Positions 53,793 to 62,259 of a stretch of DNA of 64,000 bases are shown here, piece by piece (position 1 is the stretch's first letter; each line of letters opens with the position of its first letter). Source of the stretch: an uncultured bacterium. Lineage in GTDB: Bacteria; Desulfobacterota_D; UBA1144; Nemesobacterales; UBA2774. The stretch is from assembly GCA_963825135.1 (NCBI GenBank), contig CAWGRW010000010.1, positions 160,026 through 224,025 on the forward strand, given 5' to 3'. Under the pieces are notes generated by a model, which had not been told where the DNA came from, made no database searches, and saw nothing but the letters and a program-made list of their open reading frames with translations. The position numbers were made by a program, and so were the translations under genes.

Positions 53793-54476
53793 ATGTGCGG
53801 AAGATTCGCGCGTAACGAGGATATCAAGGAACTCGAGATCCGCTTCGGCATCTACCGCGCGTCGGGACTGCCGGCCGCGCCGGAATACAACATCGCCCCA
53901 TCGCAGGACTGCCCCGTCGTCACCGTCGAGAGCGACAGGCGCGTGCTCGGCCTAATGCGCTGGGGGCTCGTCCCCGCATGGGCCGAAGACCCGAAGTCGG
54001 GGTACAGGATGATAAACGCTCGCGCCGAGACCCTCGCCGAGAAGCAGAGCTTCAAGCCGCTGCTTAAGAAATCCCGCTGCCTCGTCCCGGCCTCGGGCTT
54101 CTTTGAGTGGAAGAAGCTCGCGGGCGGCGGCAAGACCCCCTATTTCATAAGGCTCATGGGCGGCGGCCCCTTCGCGTTCGCCGGGCTCTGGACCACATGG
54201 CACGCGGGCAAAGACGACGAGCTCCGCACGTTCACGATCATCACCACGACCGCGAACGAGCTCATGGCCCCCGTCCACGACAGGATGCCCGTCATTCTGC
54301 ATGAGAAGGACGAGGCGCGCTGGCTCGACCCGGAGCTTAACAAGCCCGAAGACCTGCTCCCGCTCCTCGTTCCGTATCCGTCCGGCGCGATGGAATGCTG
54401 GGAGGTCTCGCCCTACGTGAACTCCTACAAGAACAAGGGCGAGGAATGCGTAAAACCCGTTTCACCCCTTCCGTAA
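53793..54476 (+). CDS. yedK: SOS response-associated peptidase (SRAP/YedK/HMCES)
   Basis: MCGRF N-terminus, YNIAPSQ, INARAET, HDRMPVIL. Confidence 0.93.
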   Translation: MCGRFARNEDIKELEIRFGIYRASGLPAAPEYNIAPSQDCPVVTVESDRRVLGLMRWGLVPAWAEDPKSGYRMINARAETLAEKQSFKPLLKKSRCLVPASGFFEWKKLAGGGKTPYFIRLMGGGPFAFAGLWTTWHAGKDDELRTFTIITTTANELMAPVHDRMPVILHEKDEARWLDPELNKPEDLLPLLVPYPSGAMECWEVSPYVNSYKNKGEECVKPVSPLP

Positions 54477-54490
54477 TCGTCATTGCGAGG

Positions 54491-54577
54491 AACGGTTCTG
54501 AGCAAGCACAAGAACCGGTCGCGTCCGTTCACATTGCTGCGATGTTCATTATCCCAGGGAAAGAGCATTGGATAATA
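54491..54577 (+). mobile_element. AAC-hairpin-GGWC element between SRAP and DUF559
   Basis: AAC GGTTCT gagcaagcaca AGAACC GGTC. Confidence 0.72.
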
Positions 54578-54607
54578 GCGACCGCGGCAATCTCGTTTTT
54601 GTATTTA

Positions 54608-54644
54608 ATTCCCTCCTTTCGTAAAGGAGGGTAAGGGTGGATTT
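54608..54644 (+). repeat. Palindrome TTCCCTCCTTTCGTAAAGGAGGGTAAGGGTGGATT, left flank of DUF559
   Basis: Same family at ~4220, 4973, 10283, 19163, 53363, 63843. Confidence 0.8.
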
Positions 54645-54673
54645 TCCCTTATAGATTAAGTTATATTTCAATT

Positions 54674-55057
54674 GTGCTTCATTATAACAGCCATCTGAAA
54701 CATCTTGCACGTGAGCTTAGAAAAAACATGACGGATGCCGAAAAGCTCCTCTGGTCCAGGCTCAGAATGAAGCAGCTTTCTGGTTGCCAGTTTTACAGAC
54801 AAAAAATCATAGGAGACTATATCGCGGACTTCTACTGTCATAAGGCAAAACTAGTCATAGAAATAGATGGAGGAGAACATTATTCAGAAAGAAAGGCGCT
54901 CACTGATAAAGGTAGAGACAGGCATTTTGAATCTCTCGGATTAAAAGTATTGAGATTCTCAAATCTCGAAGTATTGAAAAATACGGATAGTGTTCTGGAA
55001 CAAATAATTTTGTATTCAAATCCCCCTGAATCCCCCTTTACGAAAGGGGGAAAATGA
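54674..55057 (+). CDS. DUF559 / Vsr-like endonuclease
   Basis: ARELRKNMTDAEKLLWSRLR, FYRQ, YIADFYC, IEIDGGEH, GLKVLRFSN; AT-rich. Confidence 0.93.
   Translation: MLHYNSHLKHLARELRKNMTDAEKLLWSRLRMKQLSGCQFYRQKIIGDYIADFYCHKAKLVIEIDGGEHYSERKALTDKGRDRHFESLGLKVLRFSNLEVLKNTDSVLEQIILYSNPPESPFTKGGK
55019..55053 (-). repeat. Inverted copy of the flank palindrome (AATCCCCCTGAATCCCCCTTTACGAAAGGGGGAA) overlapping the DUF559 3' end
   Basis: Reverse complement aligns to 54608-54644. Confidence 0.8.
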
Positions 55058-55688
55058 TTTTTCTGCTCCCCGGCTACGCCACGGGCCTCCGCTGGGAAGG
55101 GTCGAAGGGCGGGAGGGCGTCGAGCACACATTCCCCGAAACTTCCCCGAAACGAGTACGACAGGAGTCCGGTTTTAAGAATTGATCCCCTCCCCATCCTT
55201 AAAGCATATACCCTTTAGCAATATGCTACCTAGCCGGGCTATATTATATATGTATTATATTTATATAATGTCACATGAATCAGGAATACATAGAGGGGGG
55301 ATTTAAATATTTGTCATTCCCGACACCGATCGGGGATTCCCTCTTTCCACCTTCGATTTCCTCGTTTATTTCTATTCCCCTTTCCTTTGAGAGGAGAGTG
55401 AATTAAAGAAAAACAAAAAAGCCCCTTCCCCCGCACCGGAGGAAGAGGCCCATAGTTGTTCTTCATTTGTCAGATTTTATACTATTGACGGCAAAAGATT
55501 AGATTCCCGATAGAAGCATTCGGGAATGACGACGAAAGAACAGAAGGATAAACTGGTGAAATTAAATCCTCCCTCCCCCTCCTTTTTCTAAGGAGGGAAT
55601 AAAAAAGCAAGACGAAATTGCTGTGATCGCTGGTTTAGGCTAGGAGGTGCGGGAGTATCGCACATTATCATACTACGCGGTGCCCCCC

Positions 55689-55734
55689 TCCCTCCCCCTG
55701 CGGTCCATTCCCGGAGCGAGGCTTTGTCCGCGTC
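55689..55734. repeat. 46-bp direct repeat of 56676-56721 (3' end of the heme-binding gene)
   Basis: 45/46 identity by eye. Confidence 0.85.
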
Positions 55735-55738
55735 GTAC

Positions 55739-56401
55739 TTAAACCGCAGCCTTCCTTCTCCCGATAACCATAAACCCGATGAGGCCCAGAATGCCGGCCA
55801 TCGTTATCATCCCCCACTCGGAGAGGGTCGGTATTGTTGACCCGGTGGAGCTTAATATTCCGAACGTGAGATCCTGAAAGTTCCCTTCGTCCGCATTCGT
55901 ATGAACCGACAGAGAGCTCACTGGACCCGTGAACTCAACTATCCCTTCCGCGAATATATCGTCCGGGACCGAGAGCCTCGTGTTTCCGTTCGAGACGATC
56001 GTGCCGCTCAGGCCGGAAAGGACAGTAAACGGCTGGTCGAAATCATAGGTGACGATGCCCGGGCCGCCTGCAACGCCTCTCCAGAAAACGACGTAAAGCA
56101 GGAGGTTGCCGACGGGCTGGCTGAACGATGCGGTCCAATCCGAAGTTGCTGCATACGTCAATATTATAGTGTCGGCCGAGAGCGGGGCGGCCGAGTAGTC
56201 AGGCCCGGTCAGGTCGACAGATTCAAGTTCCGGATTCGACATGCCTGATATAGTCACAGTCGTGCCGTCCAGGTCGCCTGTCGTGACCGCAGCAGTGTCC
56301 CATACCGTGGGGATGCCCTCGTCCGCCAGTGCGGCCGACATCCCGATCAGCACTGCGAGCATGGCGATTGTAACTATCCGGGCATTCGCAAAATACTTCA
56401 T
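55739..56401 (-). CDS. IPTL-CTERM protein
   Basis: Signal peptide; IPTLSEWG-TM-RRK. Confidence 0.88.
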   Translation of the reverse strand: MKYFANARIVTIAMLAVLIGMSAALADEGIPTVWDTAAVTTGDLDGTTVTISGMSNPELESVDLTGPDYSAAPLSADTIILTYAATSDWTASFSQPVGNLLLYVVFWRGVAGGPGIVTYDFDQPFTVLSGLSGTIVSNGNTRLSVPDDIFAEGIVEFTGPVSSLSVHTNADEGNFQDLTFGILSSTGSTIPTLSEWGMITMAGILGLIGFMVIGRRKAAV

Positions 56402-56670
56402 TTGTCGTCCTCCGGGACCCGCATTGAAAAAATCTCGCGCGAGTCCATTTTTGTACCAATTACGGACGATTATACTATATATATTCGGAATATTATACAT
56501 TCCTGAAAAGAAAGGAGTCCTATTTGTCGATTCTCAGCCATTGCCGTTAGCAGAAGGCGTTAGCGCGTGAAGGTTAATGTCGTATCGATCGCGGCCCTCG
56601 ATTACCGTCGGAGACCCCCGCTTCCCCCGCCGCATCAACCCGACACGGCGTCGGGCATCCTCCGCCCCCC

Positions 56671-57096
56671 CTACTTCCCTCCCCCTGCGGTCCATTCCCG
56701 GAGCGAGGCCTTGTCCGCGTCCGAGAGCTTGGCCTCGGGGTGCATTACAGCGTAATACCACTCGGGCATCTCGCCCTCGTTCACTTCCTCCCAAATCTCC
56801 TTCATCTTCTTCTCTTTCTTCTTATCCGGATAAGCGCTCCACTCGGAGAAGTTGAGCCCGTCCCTGCCCTCACCGACGTCGTTCGCGAGGAGCCAGGACG
56901 CGGGCGCTATGTAGGAGTACCAGGGCCACACCGTTTCGTTCGAATGACAGTCGTAGCAGGAGCGCATGAGTATCTCCGTCACCTGCGCCGGAGCGCCCAC
57001 CTCGCCCGTAACGGGCGGATTCGGCCTCTCGACGGGAATGAACTGGATGCCTATGAACGCAACGATAATTACAGCCGCGATTATTTTTAAATACAC
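56671..57096 (-). CDS. Heme-binding domain (Haem_bd) cytochrome c protein
   Basis: SCYDCHSN.T.WPWYS, LNFSEW, MP..Y..MHPEA. Confidence 0.9.
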   Translation of the reverse strand: MYLKIIAAVIIVAFIGIQFIPVERPNPPVTGEVGAPAQVTEILMRSCYDCHSNETVWPWYSYIAPASWLLANDVGEGRDGLNFSEWSAYPDKKKEKKMKEIWEEVNEGEMPEWYYAVMHPEAKLSDADKASLREWTAGGGK

Positions 57097-57198
57097 CGCT
57101 CTCGGGACCTCCGGTTTTAGTTTGAGACCGCTTCTCTTAAACGGGGAATATTATAATGGACTTTCAGGCCTAATCCATACCGCGCCGGGAATAACCGC

Positions 57199-58038
57199 TC
57201 AGAACCCTTCCCGCCTGTACCCGGTCTTCCAGACCTTGGGCAGGACGTCCGATTCGAGCTCGTACGGGTTCCGGTCCCAGTCTATCTTCCCCGCCTCCTG
57301 ACCGCCTAGCGAGGTGGTGAGCACGGGCACCGGGGGCACGGGCTCCGTCTTGTCCCTGTACCCGACGGGAAAGTTTGCGCTCACGGTCATGTTCTTCACG
57401 TCGTACCCGGCCGTATAGACGGCCCTGTACAACTTCGCCATGTCGGATGCGGCCTTGAGGCTGAAAAAGGAGGGCACCATCACGTCGTCTATGTTGTACT
57501 CGACCGCGACGTCGTACCCGCCCCCGGGCGCGTCCTTCACGTCTATCTTCCCCACGCGGTCGAGCCCCATGTTGTTCTGCCCCCTGAGCTCGGCGGCCGC
57601 CCTGTACTTTATCACGCTCACCGGGTCTGAGCTCTCGAGCTCCCCGGGCGGTATGAAGTACCTGGGGTCTATCTGCCTCGCCGCGTTCGCGTAGACCATC
57701 GCGCATATGAGGAGCACGGCGGGGGGGATGTAGAACATGAGTACGCCTTTTTTTGTCGGGTCCTTCGCCCAGGGCATCACGACCTTGGGGTATACGAGCC
57801 CCGCCGCGAGCGCGGCCAGGAGCAGGAAGAACAGGGCGTACACCCTGCTCTCGAGGTTAGTGCGGGGGAAGAATACGACGCTCAGCGCGACCAGGGCGAA
57901 AAACACGTACCCGTAAACGAAGGCCGCCCTCTTCCTGGTCTTTTCCCTCGACCAGGGGAGCGCGATCGCCGGGTCTATCAGGCCGAGCACTATCAGGATG
58001 AGCGACGCGATCGTCAGCCAGGCTATGATTATTTCCAT
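57199..58038 (-). CDS. Membrane protein with duplicated N-terminal TM hairpin
   Basis: GLIDPAIALPW..KTRKR / GLVYPKVVMPW..PTKK. Confidence 0.78.
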   Translation of the reverse strand: MEIIIAWLTIASLILIVLGLIDPAIALPWSREKTRKRAAFVYGYVFFALVALSVVFFPRTNLESRVYALFFLLLAALAAGLVYPKVVMPWAKDPTKKGVLMFYIPPAVLLICAMVYANAARQIDPRYFIPPGELESSDPVSVIKYRAAAELRGQNNMGLDRVGKIDVKDAPGGGYDVAVEYNIDDVMVPSFFSLKAASDMAKLYRAVYTAGYDVKNMTVSANFPVGYRDKTEPVPPVPVLTTSLGGQEAGKIDWDRNPYELESDVLPKVWKTGYRREGF

Positions 58039-58235
58039 TTACGAAAGGCGCTCCGGTGATTTCATTTCTCCCCTGCAGGCTCAGGCCTTACCGCTGCCGC
58101 GCCGCCTGTCCGCGGTTACAAATTTACCCTCTCGCGTGATTTACACAAACGGAGCCCCGCTCCGCCGTCAATCGCCATGAGGCCGGGGAATGCCGCCGAA
58201 AGCGGTCGAGCGCTCGTCCTGTCGCGCGTCCGCGT

Positions 58236-58667
58236 CTAAAACAGCACGAGCTCGCAGGTATAATTGAAGTCGCCGAGGTCGTCCGAGACCTGATTGAATT
58301 TCATCTGTCCGAACTTCTCGCCGTTAAACGTCCCGCCCGTGACCGTAAGGCTCTTGAGCGTGGCCGACTCTCCCGAGTCCGCGGTGAAGTCGAGCTCCTG
58401 GCACTTGGTCTGCACCCACGTGAAGTCCCCGATGTCCGACCTTTCCCCCGTGCCGTCGGCGAAAAACGCTATCGTGTATTCGACGACCCCTCCGGTTCTG
58501 CACTCCCATTCGGAGTCCTGGTCGGCCGCGTTGCCGCCGTTGTAGATCGAGGATATACCGAACCTGCATATATCGCCGCCGCACCCCCCGATGTTTCCGA
58601 ATGAAATTACGGTGACGAGCACAGCCAGGGCTGAAAAAGATAAAAGTAGTTTTCTCACGGCCTTCAT
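58236..58667 (-). CDS. Lipoprotein, GNIGGC family
   Basis: Paralog of 38262-38702. Confidence 0.8.
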   Translation of the reverse strand: MKAVRKLLLSFSALAVLVTVISFGNIGGCGGDICRFGISSIYNGGNAADQDSEWECRTGGVVEYTIAFFADGTGERSDIGDFTWVQTKCQELDFTADSGESATLKSLTVTGGTFNGEKFGQMKFNQVSDDLGDFNYTCELVLF

Positions 58668-58840
58668 CCTCCTTAAGATGGTTCAGGCTATCGACAGGAT
58701 TTCTTTCCCCCGGGCCGGTCCCGGCCCCGGGGAAAGTTAATCAATTATATATTAGTTTCGGCAAGTGAAAAACTACCCCGGGGCCGGACTTGAAAATAAA
58801 CGCCGGGAGGGGCATGCGCGGGGAGCCGGTGCGGCCCCCC

Positions 58841-59581
58841 TCACTCCGCGTCCAGAAACGCAGCCGCCATATCGTGGAACTCGCCGCACCCGAGCACCGT
58901 CCGGTAGTCGCCGCCAAGCGCCGCACCCCTGCCGTCGGGGAAGTACGAGGCGGCTTCGGACGCGTCGAGCACGTCGTTCTTCCCGTTCACGACGAGTACG
59001 GGGATGCGTATGCTTCCGAGGTCGTCCCTCGTGAATTCGGGCAGCGCCGCTCCCTCGAGCCTCGCGGCGTAAGCCCTCCTGTCGCCCCCGTAACGCTCCG
59101 CCAGGACCCTGAAGGCGTCCCCCTTCCCGGACCTTCTGCTGAGCATGTTTTTTACCCGGGCGAGCCTCTCGGCCTCGTTATACTGCCAGCCCCTCTCGTA
59201 CACATCGAGCCCGACGAGGACGAGCCTCTTTATTCCCGGGCACATGAGCGCGGCCTCTATGGCGACCTTGGCGCCCATCGTGCACCCCATGACGTCGTAC
59301 CCGGTCAACCCGAGGAGCTCCGCCAGGGCGTTCACGTCCCTGGCCATCGCCCTGTTGCAGTATGAATAGGAGGCGTGGGGCTTGGCCGAATCCCCGTGGC
59401 CGCGCGCGTCGAGCATTATGCCCCTCCTGCCCCTACGGGAAAGCGCGCCGTACACCCCTGTCTCCGCCCAGTCGATACGGGACGATGTCGCGAAGCCGTG
59501 GAGCAGCATGACCGGCTCCCCACTCCCTCCCGGGTCGTGGTACGAGAGCTCGACCCCGTCGAAACTCCTGAACCTCTCCAT
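58841..59581 (-). CDS. Alpha/beta hydrolase fold protein with atypical catalytic residues
   Basis: LLHGF, DARGHGDS, GCTMG, PVLVVNGKND, GDY. Confidence 0.85.
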   Translation of the reverse strand: MERFRSFDGVELSYHDPGGSGEPVMLLHGFATSSRIDWAETGVYGALSRRGRRGIMLDARGHGDSAKPHASYSYCNRAMARDVNALAELLGLTGYDVMGCTMGAKVAIEAALMCPGIKRLVLVGLDVYERGWQYNEAERLARVKNMLSRRSGKGDAFRVLAERYGGDRRAYAARLEGAALPEFTRDDLGSIRIPVLVVNGKNDVLDASEAASYFPDGRGAALGGDYRTVLGCGEFHDMAAAFLDAE

Positions 59582-59869
59582 ATCCGCCTGCTCTAAAAAT
59601 GTTTTCCGGCGTCGGGTGTGTGTGTTACATATGACGGCGCTTCGACTCGGCCGCGTGGTGGTTTGGAGGGGTGAGACTGTAGAACCGGACAAGTTGAGGA
59701 CGCGTATTCCGCTTGCTTACTGCCGTACCGCAAATAATACCGACCGCCTGAATCTATTATACAACTTCGCGCACGGGAATTGAAGGGGCCGCACAGACAC
59801 ATAGTGTCATTTTACGATTCTCTCCAGCCTTACCCGGCATTCCGGATGCCCGCGGCGGCAGAGCCGCTA

Positions 59870-60625
59870 TCAGACGGCGTTTGACCTTCTTCTTTTAACC
59901 GCGAAGAACACACCCACGAGCATCAATCCCCCGGCAGCCGCGGCCATACCCCACTCCGAGAGGGCGGGGATATTGTCGAACCGGCTCGTTTCGATAACCC
60001 GGAACGCGCCTATTACGCCCGTCTCGGTGTTTGAATAAGGCGGGAGTCCGTCAGCGTCCTGGTAATATCTCTCGACAAAAAAGCCGCTCGTATCCGGTTG
60101 GTTCGCATTTACCAAAACCTGGTCGCAGTCGCTATCGAGCGCGTACGACGCGGACGGGTTTGAGAAACGGATAATCAGCCCGCCTCCGGGGAAGTCGAAC
60201 GGGGCCTCCACGGTAAACTGCATCTCGAAGTCGCCGACTATGTCATCGCCGTTCGGATTGAGCGGGGTATGCGTATTCGAAACTACCTTCACGAACGGCT
60301 GCGCGGGTAGATCGCCTCCGTTGACGGTCGTCGCCGCAAGCTCGATATCGAGCTCTACCGCCGTGTTGTTGAGCTGTCCGAGGTCAAACGCGAGAGTATC
60401 GCCCGGAACCAGATTGAACGCGGGTATGTCCTTATAAATAAAGCCCAAAAACGGGCCCCAGGCGGACCCCAAAACCCCGCCGTTCCCGAAAGGATAGCAG
60501 TTGGAGACTACGGGATTATCGGGGAAGATCGTAATTTCCTGCGCGGAGACAAATTTCGGACTGGCGAGAAGCGTGGAAATAGTAAGAACAGCGAATATAA
60601 TGCTTTTCATATCACGATCCTCCAT
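59870..60625 (-). CDS. IPTL-CTERM protein
   Basis: Signal peptide; IPALSEWG-TM-KRRR. Confidence 0.88.
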   Translation of the reverse strand: MEDRDMKSIIFAVLTISTLLASPKFVSAQEITIFPDNPVVSNCYPFGNGGVLGSAWGPFLGFIYKDIPAFNLVPGDTLAFDLGQLNNTAVELDIELAATTVNGGDLPAQPFVKVVSNTHTPLNPNGDDIVGDFEMQFTVEAPFDFPGGGLIIRFSNPSASYALDSDCDQVLVNANQPDTSGFFVERYYQDADGLPPYSNTETGVIGAFRVIETSRFDNIPALSEWGMAAAAGGLMLVGVFFAVKRRRSNAV

Positions 60626-60788
60626 AATATAAAATTATATAATATATTTCCCCGTCATTGTCGTACAATTCGGGATAAAAGTCAATCATAACCCCCCTCG
60701 AACAAACCCGGTATTCACAGCGCCCGCGATGTAGTATTATAGGAACGGAGGGTAATTGCCGCGGCACGCCCCGGCGGAGGTGAGAGAG

Positions 60789-61790
60789 ATGAAGAAAAAA
60801 GCGCTATTATGCTTCCTTTCCCTGTTCATGGCGCGCGCGGCCCTCGCAGCGCCCTTCGCCTACATAACAAACGAAATGGACGATACCGTATCGGTCATCG
60901 ACACCGCGTCCAACACGGTCGTCGCGCTGGTCGCGACAGGGGACGAGCCTAGGGGCGTCGGGGTGAGCGCGGACGGGAGATTCGTCTACGTCACGAACTT
61001 CCTCGGCAACACCGTCTCCGTCATCGACACGTCGCTCAACCGGGTCACGGCGACGATCCCGGTCGGAGAGCAGCCCCAGTGCGTCGCGGTAAGCCCGGAC
61101 GGAAAGCGCGTTTACGTCACCAATTTCAAGAGCGCCACGCTCGCGGTCATAGACGCCCTGGAGCACAAGGTCGTAGCGTCGGTCCCCGTCGGCAGCAGGC
61201 CCGACGGCGTGGCGGTCGCGCCCGACGGCAGGTTCGTTTACACGGCCAACTTCGACGGCGACAGCGTCACGGTCGTCGACGCCGCGAGTAACAAGGTCAC
61301 GGCCACGGTCCCGAGCGCGCACAGACCCTCGGGCATAACGGTGAGCCCGGACGGGGAATTCGTTTACGTGACGAATATCGCGAGCGGCGACGTTTCGGTG
61401 ATCAGGGCGTCCCTGGGCGAGGTCGTCCGGACGGTGCAGGCGGGGATGCTCCCCGCGGGCGTGGTCGTAAGCCCGGACGGCAGGTTCGTTTACGTGGCCA
61501 ATTCGGGGAGCAGCGACGTGACCGTCATCGACGCGGCCGCCTATAAGGTAACGGCGACCATACCGGCGGGCCCGCTGGCGTCGGGCGCGGACATGACCCC
61601 CGACGGGAAATACCTCTACGTCGCCAACTCCGGGGACGAAACGGTCACGGTCATAGACACCGCGAAGAACAAGGTCTCGGCCACTGTAAAGGTCGGGAAG
61701 AGCCCGCTCGCCTTCGGAAAATTCATTACGCAGGGAAGCCCTCCTCCGGCAAGCCCACAGGCTCCCGAACAAACACCGGCGGCTCAATAA
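60789..61790 (+). CDS. Secreted YVTN family beta-propeller protein
   Basis: Seven repeats such as SPDGRFVYVTN..VSVID. Confidence 0.92.
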   Translation: MKKKALLCFLSLFMARAALAAPFAYITNEMDDTVSVIDTASNTVVALVATGDEPRGVGVSADGRFVYVTNFLGNTVSVIDTSLNRVTATIPVGEQPQCVAVSPDGKRVYVTNFKSATLAVIDALEHKVVASVPVGSRPDGVAVAPDGRFVYTANFDGDSVTVVDAASNKVTATVPSAHRPSGITVSPDGEFVYVTNIASGDVSVIRASLGEVVRTVQAGMLPAGVVVSPDGRFVYVANSGSSDVTVIDAAAYKVTATIPAGPLASGADMTPDGKYLYVANSGDETVTVIDTAKNKVSATVKVGKSPLAFGKFITQGSPPPASPQAPEQTPAAQ

Positions 61791-61802
61791 ACGATTGCGA
61801 GT

Positions 61803-61888
61803 AACGGTTCTGAGCAAGCGTAAGAACCGGTCGCTGTCGGCTGATTGCAATTCAGCAAGTTTTCTATCCACCAAGCCTGATGAATCCT
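61803..61888 (+). mobile_element. AAC-hairpin-GGWC element
   Basis: AAC GGTTCT gagcaagcgta AGAACC GGTC. Confidence 0.72.
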
Positions 61889-62170
61889 GCGACCGAAGCA
61901 GTCTTGGCTTTTTCTTCCCCCGACATTACAGAATTTGCGGCGGGAGAGCACCTGCGGTTATATGATCCTTCGAAGCTCTACGCTAAAGGAAACCTCGCCC
62001 AACCCGTTCACCCCGAGCGCACACGAAGTGCGCTGTCGAAGGGTCTCTTCCCTTCAATTCCCTCCTTAGAAAAAGGGGGATTAAGGGGGATTTAGTCTTT
62101 TCTTTTTCCCCGACATTACAGAATTTGCGTTAAGAAAATCGATTGTACGAGCGTTAAGAATCTTACGCGG

Positions 62171-62259
62171 GACGATTCCGAACTAGTAAGGAATCGGACG
62201 CCCTATCCTTATCAACAACTTCGGAATTATAATCACGCATCATTAACCTACATCACCAT
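62171..62259 (+). mobile_element. GAC-hairpin-GGWC element in the loop of the long hairpin
   Basis: GAC GATTCC gaactagtaa GGAATC GGAC...CCA. Confidence 0.72.

Noticed and set aside
807..61874. Long antisense or alternate-frame ORFs (e.g. 807-1709, 1996-2748, 32605-33537, 37659-38471, 47224-48057, 60807-61874)
   Set aside because: Shadow ORFs caused by high GC3 in real genes on the other strand or frame
4053..62259. AAC element as a tRNA fragment, hammerhead/HDV ribozyme or group II intron end
   Set aside because: No T/D loops despite the frequent terminal CCA, no conserved CTGANGA/GAAA core, no HDV pseudoknot order and no domain V motif seen by eye
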